64,000 nucleotides of DNA, taken from a virus. Its lineage: Duplodnaviria > Caudoviricetes. Positions 41,316-50,368 of this stretch are shown piece by piece. Position numbers and translations under genes: made by a program. The DNA is taken from the IMG/VR virus record IMGVR_UViG_3300032280_000786, positions 1 through 64,000 of that record; one strand, 5' to 3'. The notes under the pieces are model-generated. The model did not search any database and was not told the DNA's origin. It worked only from the letters and a program-made list of their open reading frames with translations. Positions within the stretch are counted from its first letter, which is position 1. Each line of letters opens with the position of its first letter.

Positions 41316-41873
41316 ATGAAATACTTAAAAAAGTTTAATGAAATGTTAGATCCAATGGGAAGTTGGAATCCTATTCAATTAAATAATGAAGAAGATTTAA
41401 AAGAAGAAGTTTGTACTGAATGTGACTGTATACCTTGTCAATGTACTGGCGAAGATGATGATGAAGATGAAGATTTAAAAGAAGGTTTAGATGATCATTT
41501 TAGAGATGTCAGAGTAAATTCTTATCTTAAAATTGCAAGAGATAAATATAAAGGTAAATCCTCAGATGATATTGTTGATACTATTGATAAAGGTAATCCT
41601 GATTTAAGATTTATGGACGATAAAGAAAAGGATTTATTTAGAAGCGCTTGGGATAAAGAGAATACAAAAGGAACCTTTAAATACTTTATGTCTTTATCGA
41701 ATGATGAATTAAAAGATTATCAAAATAACTTTTCACATCATGATTTTGATAATCCTACTGAACATAGTCCAGAATTTGTTGCTTGGAAAAAAGCTTGTGA
41801 GATAAAAAAATGTTTCGATAAAGAACCATTTTATCGTTCTAGAAAAGAAAGTGAATTTCCTAGTAGATACTAA
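41316..41873 (+). CDS. Acidic protein with capsid-targeting-like N-terminus (start revised from 41199)
   Basis: MKYLKKFNE after TAATATATA (41284-41292); CTECDCIPCQC motif. Confidence 0.75.
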   Translation: MKYLKKFNEMLDPMGSWNPIQLNNEEDLKEEVCTECDCIPCQCTGEDDDEDEDLKEGLDDHFRDVRVNSYLKIARDKYKGKSSDDIVDTIDKGNPDLRFMDDKEKDLFRSAWDKENTKGTFKYFMSLSNDELKDYQNNFSHHDFDNPTEHSPEFVAWKKACEIKKCFDKEPFYRSRKESEFPSRY

Positions 41874-41874
41874 T

Positions 41875-41902
41875 AAAAAAGAGAGCTTTTGCTCTCTTTT
41901 TT
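41875..41902. terminator. Bidirectional intrinsic terminator
   Basis: AAAAAAGAGAGC-TTTT-GCTCTCTTTTTT. Confidence 0.85.
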
Positions 41903-41903
41903 T

Positions 41904-42911
41904 TTATCCTAAAATCCATTTAGCATCATGATTTACATTAGTATCATAAAGTGCATATTCAACTTCAACCTTTTCAAATCCGAATTTATCTTCATTAAGT
42001 AAAAACTTAATCAATTCAACATCACGTTCAAAATCTTCTTTACAAGTCATACTATCTCTATAAGTAAGCATATTTACAAACTTACTACCATCTTTAGACT
42101 TCTTAAAGAAGTTTTGTGATAATTTACAAGTACCACCTAGTTCTATTTGTGATGGTTTACTAAATCCTCTACTCGGTGAAAAGAAACCTGCATTTAACTC
42201 TTCAACTAAACCTTCTAAATAAGGCTTTTCTTCTGGTGAGATAACAACACCGATGTGACTTTCAAAGTAACATCCATTTGGTATAGGTTCACCTGTATTA
42301 AAAGTAGGTGCTGCAGGGTGCCAAGGAACTGTTTCTATCTTCTTTCTGACAACTTTATATCCAAATGATGTTAGTTCATTAGCAATACGATTAGCTTCTT
42401 CATAGGCAGTCCTATTGTCTCCAAAGTGTTTTGAACTAGTCATTACATCTTTTAAAGTTCCTTCTTTCATTTCTAAATCTAAAACAATTGGTTTTACTTC
42501 AATAGATTTACAATCTTCTCTAAATTTATCAATAGTAAAATTTGTTTCTAATAGTTTTTCTAAATCAATCGTAATATGTATTTCAAAAGGAAGTGGGAAT
42601 GTTGCCGTTTCTTCTTTTAATTGAAGTTGTGCCCACTTCTTTGATTTTTTATTCAGCATATCATTTACTTCTTCATCAGTAAATCCTAATGAATGTGCAA
42701 TTGAAATGTTCGTTAGATAAACATCGACAATCTCTTCTAGGATCTGTTCTCTATCTGAGAAACGATGATTAGTTCCTGGTGCAGAATCATAAGGTAAAAT
42801 AGCTCTTGCCAATTCACCTACTTCTTCTGCAAGTTTTAATCCTTTTTGTGAAAGTGTTTTCTTATCTTTAATTGATAAGTCCTTTATAAAATCATCTAAA
42901 AATTTATTCAT
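41904..42911 (-). CDS. MazG-like NTP pyrophosphohydrolase fused to an uncharacterised C-terminal domain
   Basis: LKLAEEVGELA...EEIVDV; then FEIHIT...KIETVPW...YFESHI. Confidence 0.75.
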   Translation of the reverse strand: MNKFLDDFIKDLSIKDKKTLSQKGLKLAEEVGELARAILPYDSAPGTNHRFSDREQILEEIVDVYLTNISIAHSLGFTDEEVNDMLNKKSKKWAQLQLKEETATFPLPFEIHITIDLEKLLETNFTIDKFREDCKSIEVKPIVLDLEMKEGTLKDVMTSSKHFGDNRTAYEEANRIANELTSFGYKVVRKKIETVPWHPAAPTFNTGEPIPNGCYFESHIGVVISPEEKPYLEGLVEELNAGFFSPSRGFSKPSQIELGGTCKLSQNFFKKSKDGSKFVNMLTYRDSMTCKEDFERDVELIKFLLNEDKFGFEKVEVEYALYDTNVNHDAKWILG

Positions 42912-43485
42912 CTGCTATTAAGTTAAATCTCATTGTTAAAACAGATAAGTCTTCTGCATGTTTCTGTCTTTCATATTTATTCGTAGAACTATCTTCAATC
43001 ATTTTCAATTTCTCATTGATAACATAAGTAAATGGTGTAATTCTAATACCATTTTGTTCAATAAATTCTGGTAATTCATCAACAATAATTAAATGTACAT
43101 CAACTGCACCACGTCTTATAATATCATCTGAATAATCAGGATAAGAAGTCCAAATTTGTTTCTTAATACTAATTACCGTATCAGTTAGATTATAACTAAA
43201 CTTAAAATGATCACAGATTTGAAAAGCCATTTTCTTTGTGATTAAAAAATCAAAATCATCTGGTCTTCGATCTAACATTGGATTATCATTTATAGTACAA
43301 CACTTCAAAGCACGAGAACCTGTTAGTACACCACCAAGATTGGTGACATACTTAATCAGTTTGTAGTTCAGTTTTAAAAATTGAAATTTACTTCTACTTT
43401 TAGAGGTATCATATTGAACATTATAACCACCAGTTATCATGTTTAAGTTGATGTCTCTTACATAGGATTTTAATGTTCCTGTCAT
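42904..43485 (-). CDS. Nucleotidyltransferase-like protein (Pol-beta superfamily)
   Basis: GGVLTGSRAL...DDFDFLI and a later VDVH. Confidence 0.6.
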   Translation of the reverse strand: MTGTLKSYVRDINLNMITGGYNVQYDTSKSRSKFQFLKLNYKLIKYVTNLGGVLTGSRALKCCTINDNPMLDRRPDDFDFLITKKMAFQICDHFKFSYNLTDTVISIKKQIWTSYPDYSDDIIRRGAVDVHLIIVDELPEFIEQNGIRITPFTYVINEKLKMIEDSSTNKYERQKHAEDLSVLTMRFNLIADE

Positions 43486-44444
43486 TATATCATATTTATT
43501 TCGTGAATACTCTTTTTAGTTGTTAGACCCCAGATGGTTCTCGCGATTATGTTATCACAAGAGATAACTTTTAATTTATCTCCTACTTGATCTTTTTCTT
43601 TTTGTAAAGTTGATGGAATACTATCTGAAACCATTAGTTCTGTTAGTTGTGAAGTATATAAGTTCTCCATTGCAGCACCACTTAGAATACCGTGAGTAGC
43701 AATTGCTCTTACAGATTTAGCTCCTTTCTCCATAATAAGTTCAGAAGCCCTTTTAAGTGTTCCTAATGTATCAGCCATATCATCAACAATAACAACGTTT
43801 CTACCTTCAACGTCACCAACTAATTCCATTGAATGAATTTCATTTGGTTTAATACGTTTTTTGTTTATCATTGCGAATGTAGAATCTGGGAAAGCTTTAC
43901 AGAAATCAGAAGCTCTTTTCACAGCACCTTGGTCAGGAGCAATGATAGTTAAATCTTCAATCTGATTTTTTCTAATATGTTCGATAAAGATTTTATTACC
44001 GTTCAAGTGAATAATTGGTACATCATAAAATCCTTGAATAGAAGAAGCGTGTAAGTCCACGGTGATTATTCTAGACATACCAACGGTTTCTAAGATGTCT
44101 GCTAACATTTTAGAACCAATAGAAGAACGTAAGTGATCTGTTTTGTCTTGTCTTGAGTAACCTTGGAAAGGTGAGATAAGTGTAAATGATTTACAATCAG
44201 CTCGTTTAGCAGCATCGATAACTAATAATGTTTCCATTATTGTATCAGATGATGTTGTTGACTGTACGAAGAGGATGTCTTCACCTCTTACAGACTCTTC
44301 AAATAGTGGAAGTATTTCACCATCTAAAAATTTGTCAATTTTTAGGCGACCTCTTGTAAAAGATTCGTCTAATGTTTTTTTGTTTAAAATTGCACAGATA
44401 CTATCTGCAAGGTCTGGGTTTGATGTTCCACTGAAAATCTTCAT
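43485..44444 (-). CDS. prs: Ribose-phosphate pyrophosphokinase
   Basis: FLDGE, GYSRQDK, VDLHA..IQGFY, APDQG..KRA, IVDDMADTLGTL, ATHGILS. Confidence 0.92.
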   Translation of the reverse strand: MKIFSGTSNPDLADSICAILNKKTLDESFTRGRLKIDKFLDGEILPLFEESVRGEDILFVQSTTSSDTIMETLLVIDAAKRADCKSFTLISPFQGYSRQDKTDHLRSSIGSKMLADILETVGMSRIITVDLHASSIQGFYDVPIIHLNGNKIFIEHIRKNQIEDLTIIAPDQGAVKRASDFCKAFPDSTFAMINKKRIKPNEIHSMELVGDVEGRNVVIVDDMADTLGTLKRASELIMEKGAKSVRAIATHGILSGAAMENLYTSQLTELMVSDSIPSTLQKEKDQVGDKLKVISCDNIIARTIWGLTTKKSIHEINMI

Positions 44445-44448
44445 AATA

Positions 44449-44769
44449 CTAATTATTTTTATTTAGAATTAAATCTATTGCATTCTGTCTTAAAGTTTGT
44501 TTATTTACTTTAAAATTATGTTGTGTCTTTAATTTATTTATAAAGTGTTTAAAATTAGGTGGGTATTTAGTTATATCTCCCCATCTATTTTTAACTATTG
44601 TTGGTTCAGTTAGATTGTTAAATCGTTTCTCTTGTTTCCATAAGAATAAAACATCGTATTGTTTCTTTGGAGATAGTGATTCAAACCAAACTAAATGATT
44701 TGACATTTTATTTCTAAGAGATTTCATCTCTTTTATATGTTTTCTCTTTTTTCTTTCCTTCTCTAACAT
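44449..44769 (-). CDS. Hypothetical protein (start revised to ATG 44769)
   Basis: MLEKERKKRK...; the TATATTTG promoter lies inside the longer ORF call. Confidence 0.65.
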   Translation of the reverse strand: MLEKERKKRKHIKEMKSLRNKMSNHLVWFESLSPKKQYDVLFLWKQEKRFNNLTEPTIVKNRWGDITKYPPNFKHFINKLKTQHNFKVNKQTLRQNAIDLILNKNN

Positions 44770-44773
44770 AGTG

Positions 44774-44781
44774 CAAATATA
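44774..44781 (-). promoter_or_regulatory. Bacteroidota-type -7 element TATATTTG
   Basis: TATATTTGCACT-ATG. Confidence 0.7.
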
Positions 44782-44787
44782 CAAAAA

Positions 44788-45129
44788 TTATTCTGATTTG
44801 GGTAAAATCTTATTTAATTTAATTTCTCTTAATTCTTGTAAAGAAAAATCAATATACTCAGACGAAGATAAACTTATTGAATAACTATTATTAAATGAAT
44901 TTTTAGACTCAATCCTATATCTACCATTCTCTTGTGTAACCTTACAATCTGGATCGATTTTGGCTAGTTTTAATATGTTATTATTGTAATCCCAAACAAT
45001 TTCATATTTACCTATTTCTTTATACTCAAGAAGTTTTTTAATTTGATCTGTTGTATAAAGTTGTAAACCATTTAACGATCGTCTGGCATTTACTTTATCC
45101 TTTAACTTTTTTACAAAATAGTTATTCAT
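44788..45129 (-). CDS. Hypothetical protein
   Basis: 113-aa ORF ending LREIKLNKIL. Confidence 0.7.
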   Translation of the reverse strand: MNNYFVKKLKDKVNARRSLNGLQLYTTDQIKKLLEYKEIGKYEIVWDYNNNILKLAKIDPDCKVTQENGRYRIESKNSFNNSYSISLSSSEYIDFSLQELREIKLNKILPKSE

Positions 45130-45592
45130 TGATAATCGTTTTTAAATCTGCAGGTGAATAATTCACAGATTTTAAAACTTTATCATCTTCTTTTCTGTAA
45201 ACTAACCATTTACCATTATTTTCTTTATAGTAACCTTCAGTACCATCTTTTTGTTTATAGTGTTCTAATGTAGATTGTGCTTCTAATTCTGAATTACAAG
45301 CTTTAGACATATTACTTCTTTGTACTTCATTGAATAATTCAACAAACTTATCTCCTAGTCCAAACTCTAATACTGCACCTGAAAGAACATATTGTAAATC
45401 AGCTAAAGCATCTGCAATTTCTACTAAGTCATTATTTTCAATGGCTTCTTTTAATTCATTCAATTCTTCTTGTAATAAAGATACTCTTAATTCACATCTT
45501 TGAGAAGATGGTATTTGAGGTGTATCTAAGATTGGTGCGTTAAAAGTTTTATGAAAGTCTGCTACTTGATTTAGTGAATTTATTTTTTCCAT
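45122..45592 (-). CDS. MazG-like / PRA-PH-family NTP pyrophosphohydrolase
   Basis: VADFHKTF, LLQEELNEL, EIADALADLQYV, EVQRSNMSK, GK..R..D.KVLKS..YSPADL. Confidence 0.88.
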   Translation of the reverse strand: MEKINSLNQVADFHKTFNAPILDTPQIPSSQRCELRVSLLQEELNELKEAIENNDLVEIADALADLQYVLSGAVLEFGLGDKFVELFNEVQRSNMSKACNSELEAQSTLEHYKQKDGTEGYYKENNGKWLVYRKEDDKVLKSVNYSPADLKTIINE

Positions 45593-45640
45593 TTAAAAAT
45601 ATATTTTATTGATTATATTGATTTTTAAAAAATGGTTTTA

Positions 45641-45648
45641 CAAATTTA
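45641..45648 (-). promoter_or_regulatory. Bacteroidota-type -7 element TAAATTTG
   Basis: Heads the nucleotide-metabolism operon; divergent TAATATATA at 45654-45662. Confidence 0.6.
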
Positions 45649-45682
45649 TAAATTAATATATACATAAAAATATGTTATAAAC

Positions 45683-46783
45683 ATGAAATATGTAAATACT
45701 TTCGAATCATTTAAAACTAAGAGATTACAACCATTGAATGAAGAATTATTAGGTACAGTAATCAACTTTTTTAAAAATATGTGGGCTAAAGCTACTCAAG
45801 AGTTGAAAAAACTTGGAGATAATCCATCATTACAGCAATTAGATCAATGGATTGAGAAAAATCCATTTAATCCTGCTGATGATACTTATGTATTAAAGTC
45901 AGTAATGGAAGAGTTTAATAAAAAACCAACTGCAAATGATCAAGATTGTTTAACACTTATAGATAGCATATTAGATCCTGAAACTGGTGCATTGGGTAAA
46001 CAAGGTATGCAACCATTTTTTGATCAAATAATTAAAGCATTTGGTAATAATGCAGGTCCACTTAATGTAATTCAATATTATATGGAGAGAATTAGAGATA
46101 GAGCTATTAAAGATTATAAATTTGCAGGTGGACCTGATTTAAAAGTTGGACAACCTGTAAAGTTAGATCCTAAAAAGAAAACATTAGGATTAGATGATGC
46201 AACTCACTTACCCGATTTTAAGAAGATTTTAAAGGCAGCAACTGATGATAAGAAAAAGAAAGAAGCTACGATTAACTGGGTTAACAAAACATTAGTTCCT
46301 AGATTAGAAAAGTACACAACTGAAGTAACTGAGGATGAAGTTAACGCTTATTTAAAGACTAAAGGTGTTGAAGTGAGTGGTGATTATAAAGTAGGTGATA
46401 CTGTTATTTATAAGAGAGAAAAATTCAATCAAGCTAATTGGGATGCTTTAACTGATGATGATAAGAAAAAACCAAACGAAGGAAAAATAAATGATTTAGA
46501 GACCAAAGAAGAAATTGGAACTAAAAAGATTTCTAAGATAGAAGGTGAGAAAGTTAGCTTTGAAGGTGCAGATTTTACTAAACTAACATCAGATATTTTA
46601 ATGAAAATAGAAGTTAATGCGGTAGCAGGTCAAGAAGATTTAACTAATACATTAAAAGATCTAAAAACTAAAAATGCTGATGCAATTCAAAAAATAGATG
46701 ATATTTCTAAATTATATATGGATCCTGTTGCGAATAAGGAAAAAATTGAAGAAATTGAAAAAGCCATTGGAGGTGGAGCATAA
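45683..46783 (+). CDS. Hypothetical protein with capsid-targeting-like N-terminus
   Basis: MKYVNTFESFK...PLNE. Confidence 0.75.
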   Translation: MKYVNTFESFKTKRLQPLNEELLGTVINFFKNMWAKATQELKKLGDNPSLQQLDQWIEKNPFNPADDTYVLKSVMEEFNKKPTANDQDCLTLIDSILDPETGALGKQGMQPFFDQIIKAFGNNAGPLNVIQYYMERIRDRAIKDYKFAGGPDLKVGQPVKLDPKKKTLGLDDATHLPDFKKILKAATDDKKKKEATINWVNKTLVPRLEKYTTEVTEDEVNAYLKTKGVEVSGDYKVGDTVIYKREKFNQANWDALTDDDKKKPNEGKINDLETKEEIGTKKISKIEGEKVSFEGADFTKLTSDILMKIEVNAVAGQEDLTNTLKDLKTKNADAIQKIDDISKLYMDPVANKEKIEEIEKAIGGGA

Positions 46784-47664
46784 TGACAACAAATACAAAA
46801 AGAATTGAAAGTATTCGTTCAAGATTAGATAAAATTGCACTTAAAGGTAAAGATAATTACCTTGAGTTTAGTAACTATTTCAACGATTTATCTACTACTG
46901 GTGATTATGATAATTTACTACAATGTTTATATATTCATTACTCTGCAAAAGTTGATGATATAAAAAACTATGAATCATTTAAAAAGGGTGTTTGGAAAGA
47001 AGTTCTATTCAAAACAGATAGTAATATGAATAAAAGAATAAAAAAGCTGTATGATAAGAAACTAGTTTACCAAACAGGTTTTGATATTTATAGTTCTGAT
47101 ACAAACTTATCAACTATTACTTTATCTAATCCATTATCTTCAACATATTCGACTACTAATCTTTCTAAAGGTATATCACTAACATATTCTAATAAAGTTA
47201 TTAGTTTAAATAGAACAAATAATCGTGTTTATGACGTAATAATAAGTAAGGCAATTTGGGCAACTGCATCAAATATACCGACAAAAGTTCAGGAGTTTCA
47301 AAGAATAATTGGTTTAACACAATCTACATATAAAACTGAGATACCGACTACTCACGATACTCAATGGTTAATAACAACTTATGAGAGGCCGAATTATAAA
47401 GTACTTAACTATAAATTAAATGTTAATAAAACTAATAATTATTTAGGTCAAATCATTGAAGATGGTATTTATACAGACGAGTATAAGTATTTAATAAAGA
47501 ATAGAGAATACGCTAGAATTACTAAAACTAGAAAAACTTTTCTAGAAGTTAAAAAATTTGGAGCTACTCAATCTGTTATAATAGACCAAGACAATCTACA
47601 ATTATCAGAAGATAATAATCTTTATAATAGATATGTAATAGCAGTAAACTTATTGTTATCATAA
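46783..47664 (+). CDS. Hypothetical protein
   Basis: 293 aa, coupled to the previous gene. Confidence 0.75.
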   Translation: MTTNTKRIESIRSRLDKIALKGKDNYLEFSNYFNDLSTTGDYDNLLQCLYIHYSAKVDDIKNYESFKKGVWKEVLFKTDSNMNKRIKKLYDKKLVYQTGFDIYSSDTNLSTITLSNPLSSTYSTTNLSKGISLTYSNKVISLNRTNNRVYDVIISKAIWATASNIPTKVQEFQRIIGLTQSTYKTEIPTTHDTQWLITTYERPNYKVLNYKLNVNKTNNYLGQIIEDGIYTDEYKYLIKNREYARITKTRKTFLEVKKFGATQSVIIDQDNLQLSEDNNLYNRYVIAVNLLLS

Positions 47665-47690
47665 ATATATAACCAATAAAAATATATATT

Positions 47691-48122
47691 ATGATAATTA
47701 AAGTAGTAAACTTTGAAACCTTATCAAGACATTATAAAAACTACCAAGACGGTATTACTAACATAACTGATGTTAAAAAGGATTTCATTGCAAAATTAGA
47801 ACCATTCAAAAAAGAATTAGAATCTATTATAAATAGATCCCAAGGTGGTGAAAAACTTGATGATGCAACTCAAGCAAGATTTAATGAATTGCAAGAGTAT
47901 GCAATGAGTGTTGATGAAGAGTTTAAAGCAACGATGAGAAAAATGAATGATGAACTTTCTAAAACTATCTATGGTGAATTAGCACAATTTATTGAAGAAT
48001 GGTCTGAGAAAAATGAAATTGATATGGTTATTGGAAGTACAGAAGTAGTTTTCTTAAAAGATGAACACGATGTAACTGAACAAGTTTTAGAAATCATTAG
48101 AGAAAAAGGATTACACGTATAA
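47691..48122 (+). CDS. Skp/OmpH-like chaperone without a signal peptide
   Basis: IKVVNFETL, long coiled-coil hairpin, I.E..EKNEIDMVI..VVF...DVTEQVL. Confidence 0.7.
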   Translation: MIIKVVNFETLSRHYKNYQDGITNITDVKKDFIAKLEPFKKELESIINRSQGGEKLDDATQARFNELQEYAMSVDEEFKATMRKMNDELSKTIYGELAQFIEEWSEKNEIDMVIGSTEVVFLKDEHDVTEQVLEIIREKGLHV

Positions 48123-48150
48123 AAAAAGAGAGCCATTGGCTCTCTTTTTT
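48121..48150. terminator. Bidirectional intrinsic terminator
   Basis: AAAAAAAGAGAGCC-ATT-GGCTCTCTTTTTT. Confidence 0.85.
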
Positions 48151-48151
48151 A

Positions 48152-48850
48152 TTATCTTTCCCATCCATTATCTTTATGACTTAAATCCTCATTAACAAGT
48201 TCTTCTAACATTTTAGAAATACTATTATATCTAACTTTTCTACCGTATAAGTTTGTAATATATAATTCTGTTTCACTTACATAAAGTACAAAGTCTAAAT
48301 CTACCGTACTAAAGTAATAACTCACATAAAATTTCACTGCATTACCTACACCAAAATACTCACCACGTTCTCTACTATTAGTATCTACTTTTTTAAGATT
48401 TTCTCCTAAAAACTTTATAGTATTAACTTGTTGTTCATTTTCTGTATAACCTTCTGCCAAATCTTCATCATCATTATCAAATGAGTGTGATGTCGTTATT
48501 GCAAATGTAGTTTGATTTGTAACTCTATTATACCCATAATCATGTACACCTAATAATTCTTGATAAAATTCTCTAGCCAAATCATATTGTTTTTGATTTA
48601 CACCTTCATGATGTTCAAATATAAAATCTAATTGTTCTTGATTAAAATCAAATATACTTTCAGGTAAAGTTTTTGCAAACTCTGTAACACTATTAGTTTT
48701 TCTATATTCAAGAATACTTCTTATTGAAGCCATTTCTTCTTGAAGTTCTGTCATTTGTAATTGAAGATCCTCTAACTTAGCTTCTAATGTTTCTGTACTG
48801 ATTGCATTAAGATAACTTGATTCCTTTATAAACTCTAAATACTTTTTCAT
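48152..48850 (-). CDS. Hypothetical protein with T4 CTS-like N-terminus (start revised to 48850)
   Basis: MKKYLEFIKE directly after TATATATACTTAT. Confidence 0.75.
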   Translation of the reverse strand: MKKYLEFIKESSYLNAISTETLEAKLEDLQLQMTELQEEMASIRSILEYRKTNSVTEFAKTLPESIFDFNQEQLDFIFEHHEGVNQKQYDLAREFYQELLGVHDYGYNRVTNQTTFAITTSHSFDNDDEDLAEGYTENEQQVNTIKFLGENLKKVDTNSRERGEYFGVGNAVKFYVSYYFSTVDLDFVLYVSETELYITNLYGRKVRYNSISKMLEELVNEDLSHKDNGWER

Positions 48851-48895
48851 ATAAGTATATATAAAACTTTTCATTTCAAAATCAATATAAATAAA

Positions 48896-49729
48896 ATGAT
48901 AGACTTATACCAAATCGCTAATGAAATAAGAGTTTTATTAGAAGAAAGAAGAAAAGAACTAAATCTATACTTTATAGAAGATAATCATAAATACTTTATG
49001 AACAATGAACAAGGTCAATCCAAAAGTAATTGGCCATCTGTTTCAAAAGTACTTAAAAGTTTTTATCCACCATTTCCCACTCAGGAAGCATCACTTAAAA
49101 AAGCTAAAGGTGATGTAGTTCTACAAAAGAAACTTATTAAAGAATGGTCTCAAATGGCAGACTATGCTAACAATACCGGAAGTAGAGTTCACTACTTCTT
49201 AGAAAAGAAAATCATTGAACGATTTGAATTAGATAAAGAAGTAAGAGAACCAGAGTTCGATTGCGACTTTGAACAAATTATCACGTCAGATCATATGATT
49301 AATTATGGTGTTCAGTTCTATGAAAAGATGATTAAGAATGGTGCTGTTCTTATTGACACAGAGGTTGTAATGGGTGATCCTGATTTAGGATATACCGGAC
49401 AAGCTGATAAGATTTGGTTAGTAGCTAATAAAGAGAAAACACAATTAGGTATTGTAGTAACCGATTGGAAGACAAATTTTTTAAAAAATTTCGTTGAGAC
49501 AAAGTGGACAACTAGAATGTATGAACCATATGAAGACTTACCCAATACTGCATTAGGTCATTATTATGTACAATTATCACTATATGCAAAATTATTTAAA
49601 AAAATGTTACAAGGAACTAAATATGAAGATATTAAAATAGTAAGAATGATAATTGTGTTGTTAAGTGATAATTCATATGAAGAATACAAAGTACCTATTG
49701 ATATAATAGATAGACAAATTGTTATATAA
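48896..49729 (+). CDS. PD-(D/E)XK exonuclease (Cas4/RecB-like)
   Basis: H.Y, WPSVS, GSRVHYFLE, E.....TGQADKI, VTDWKT, YYVQLSLY. Confidence 0.8.
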   Translation: MIDLYQIANEIRVLLEERRKELNLYFIEDNHKYFMNNEQGQSKSNWPSVSKVLKSFYPPFPTQEASLKKAKGDVVLQKKLIKEWSQMADYANNTGSRVHYFLEKKIIERFELDKEVREPEFDCDFEQIITSDHMINYGVQFYEKMIKNGAVLIDTEVVMGDPDLGYTGQADKIWLVANKEKTQLGIVVTDWKTNFLKNFVETKWTTRMYEPYEDLPNTALGHYYVQLSLYAKLFKKMLQGTKYEDIKIVRMIIVLLSDNSYEEYKVPIDIIDRQIVI

Positions 49730-50276
49730 TTCTATCACCTTTTTTATAGTTATCATCTGCCCACATAGGTTGAAGATTTGTATAGTGACATAATTTATGG
49801 ACATCATCATTATTTTCACATGCTGCAAGTGGTATAATATGATCGATGTGCCAACCCCTAAATCCATAATTTTCCCAACTCATACCTTCCAAAAATTGTT
49901 TTTGAATATGATCTTTTAATTCAGTAGGGGTACATCCTACTATATTAAAAGTTCCATTTTTGATTTTATCAAAATTTGAACTTTTTAAAAAGTGTTTAAT
50001 TCTATTTCTTGTATTGATTTTTAATCTATACAAAATATCAGTATCATATTTCTTCTTAACCCTTATATTTCTTGAAACTCTTACAGAAGATTTATTATTA
50101 TTTTGATAGTTTGTTTGTCTTTCTATTTCTCTTTCTTTATTATTCTCATAATAAATACTATATCGTTTTTTAGTACATTCTCTACAACTATATTTAAGTC
50201 CATCTGGTGCACTTTTATCTTTGTTGAATTGATCTAATTCTTTATCTACCTTACAACTACTACAATTTTTAATCAT
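49722..50276 (-). CDS. HNH-family homing endonuclease
   Basis: CSSC..C.EC; WENYGFRGWHIDHIIPL..HYTNLQPMWADDNYKK. Confidence 0.85.
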   Translation of the reverse strand: MIKNCSSCKVDKELDQFNKDKSAPDGLKYSCRECTKKRYSIYYENNKEREIERQTNYQNNNKSSVRVSRNIRVKKKYDTDILYRLKINTRNRIKHFLKSSNFDKIKNGTFNIVGCTPTELKDHIQKQFLEGMSWENYGFRGWHIDHIIPLAACENNDDVHKLCHYTNLQPMWADDNYKKGDRII

Positions 50277-50341
50277 TATAAATTAATTTAATTTTTAATT
50301 ATTAAAGTATATATTAAATTTATAAAATGACTTTTTGATAT

Positions 50342-50368
50342 AAAAAAAGAGCCATTAAAATGGCTCTT
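50342..50368 (-). terminator. Intrinsic terminator
   Basis: AAGAGCCAT-TAAA-ATGGCTCTT with T-tract on the minus strand. Confidence 0.75.

Noticed and set aside
43485-44444. Complete NARP1 NAD-reconstitution pathway
   Set aside because: No nicotinamide phosphoribosyltransferase-like partner is in the window, and the enzyme looks like a canonical PRPP synthetase.
48896-49729. CRISPR-associated Cas4
   Set aside because: No array or other cas genes, and no clear four-Cys Fe-S set. It is an ordinary phage PD-(D/E)XK exonuclease.
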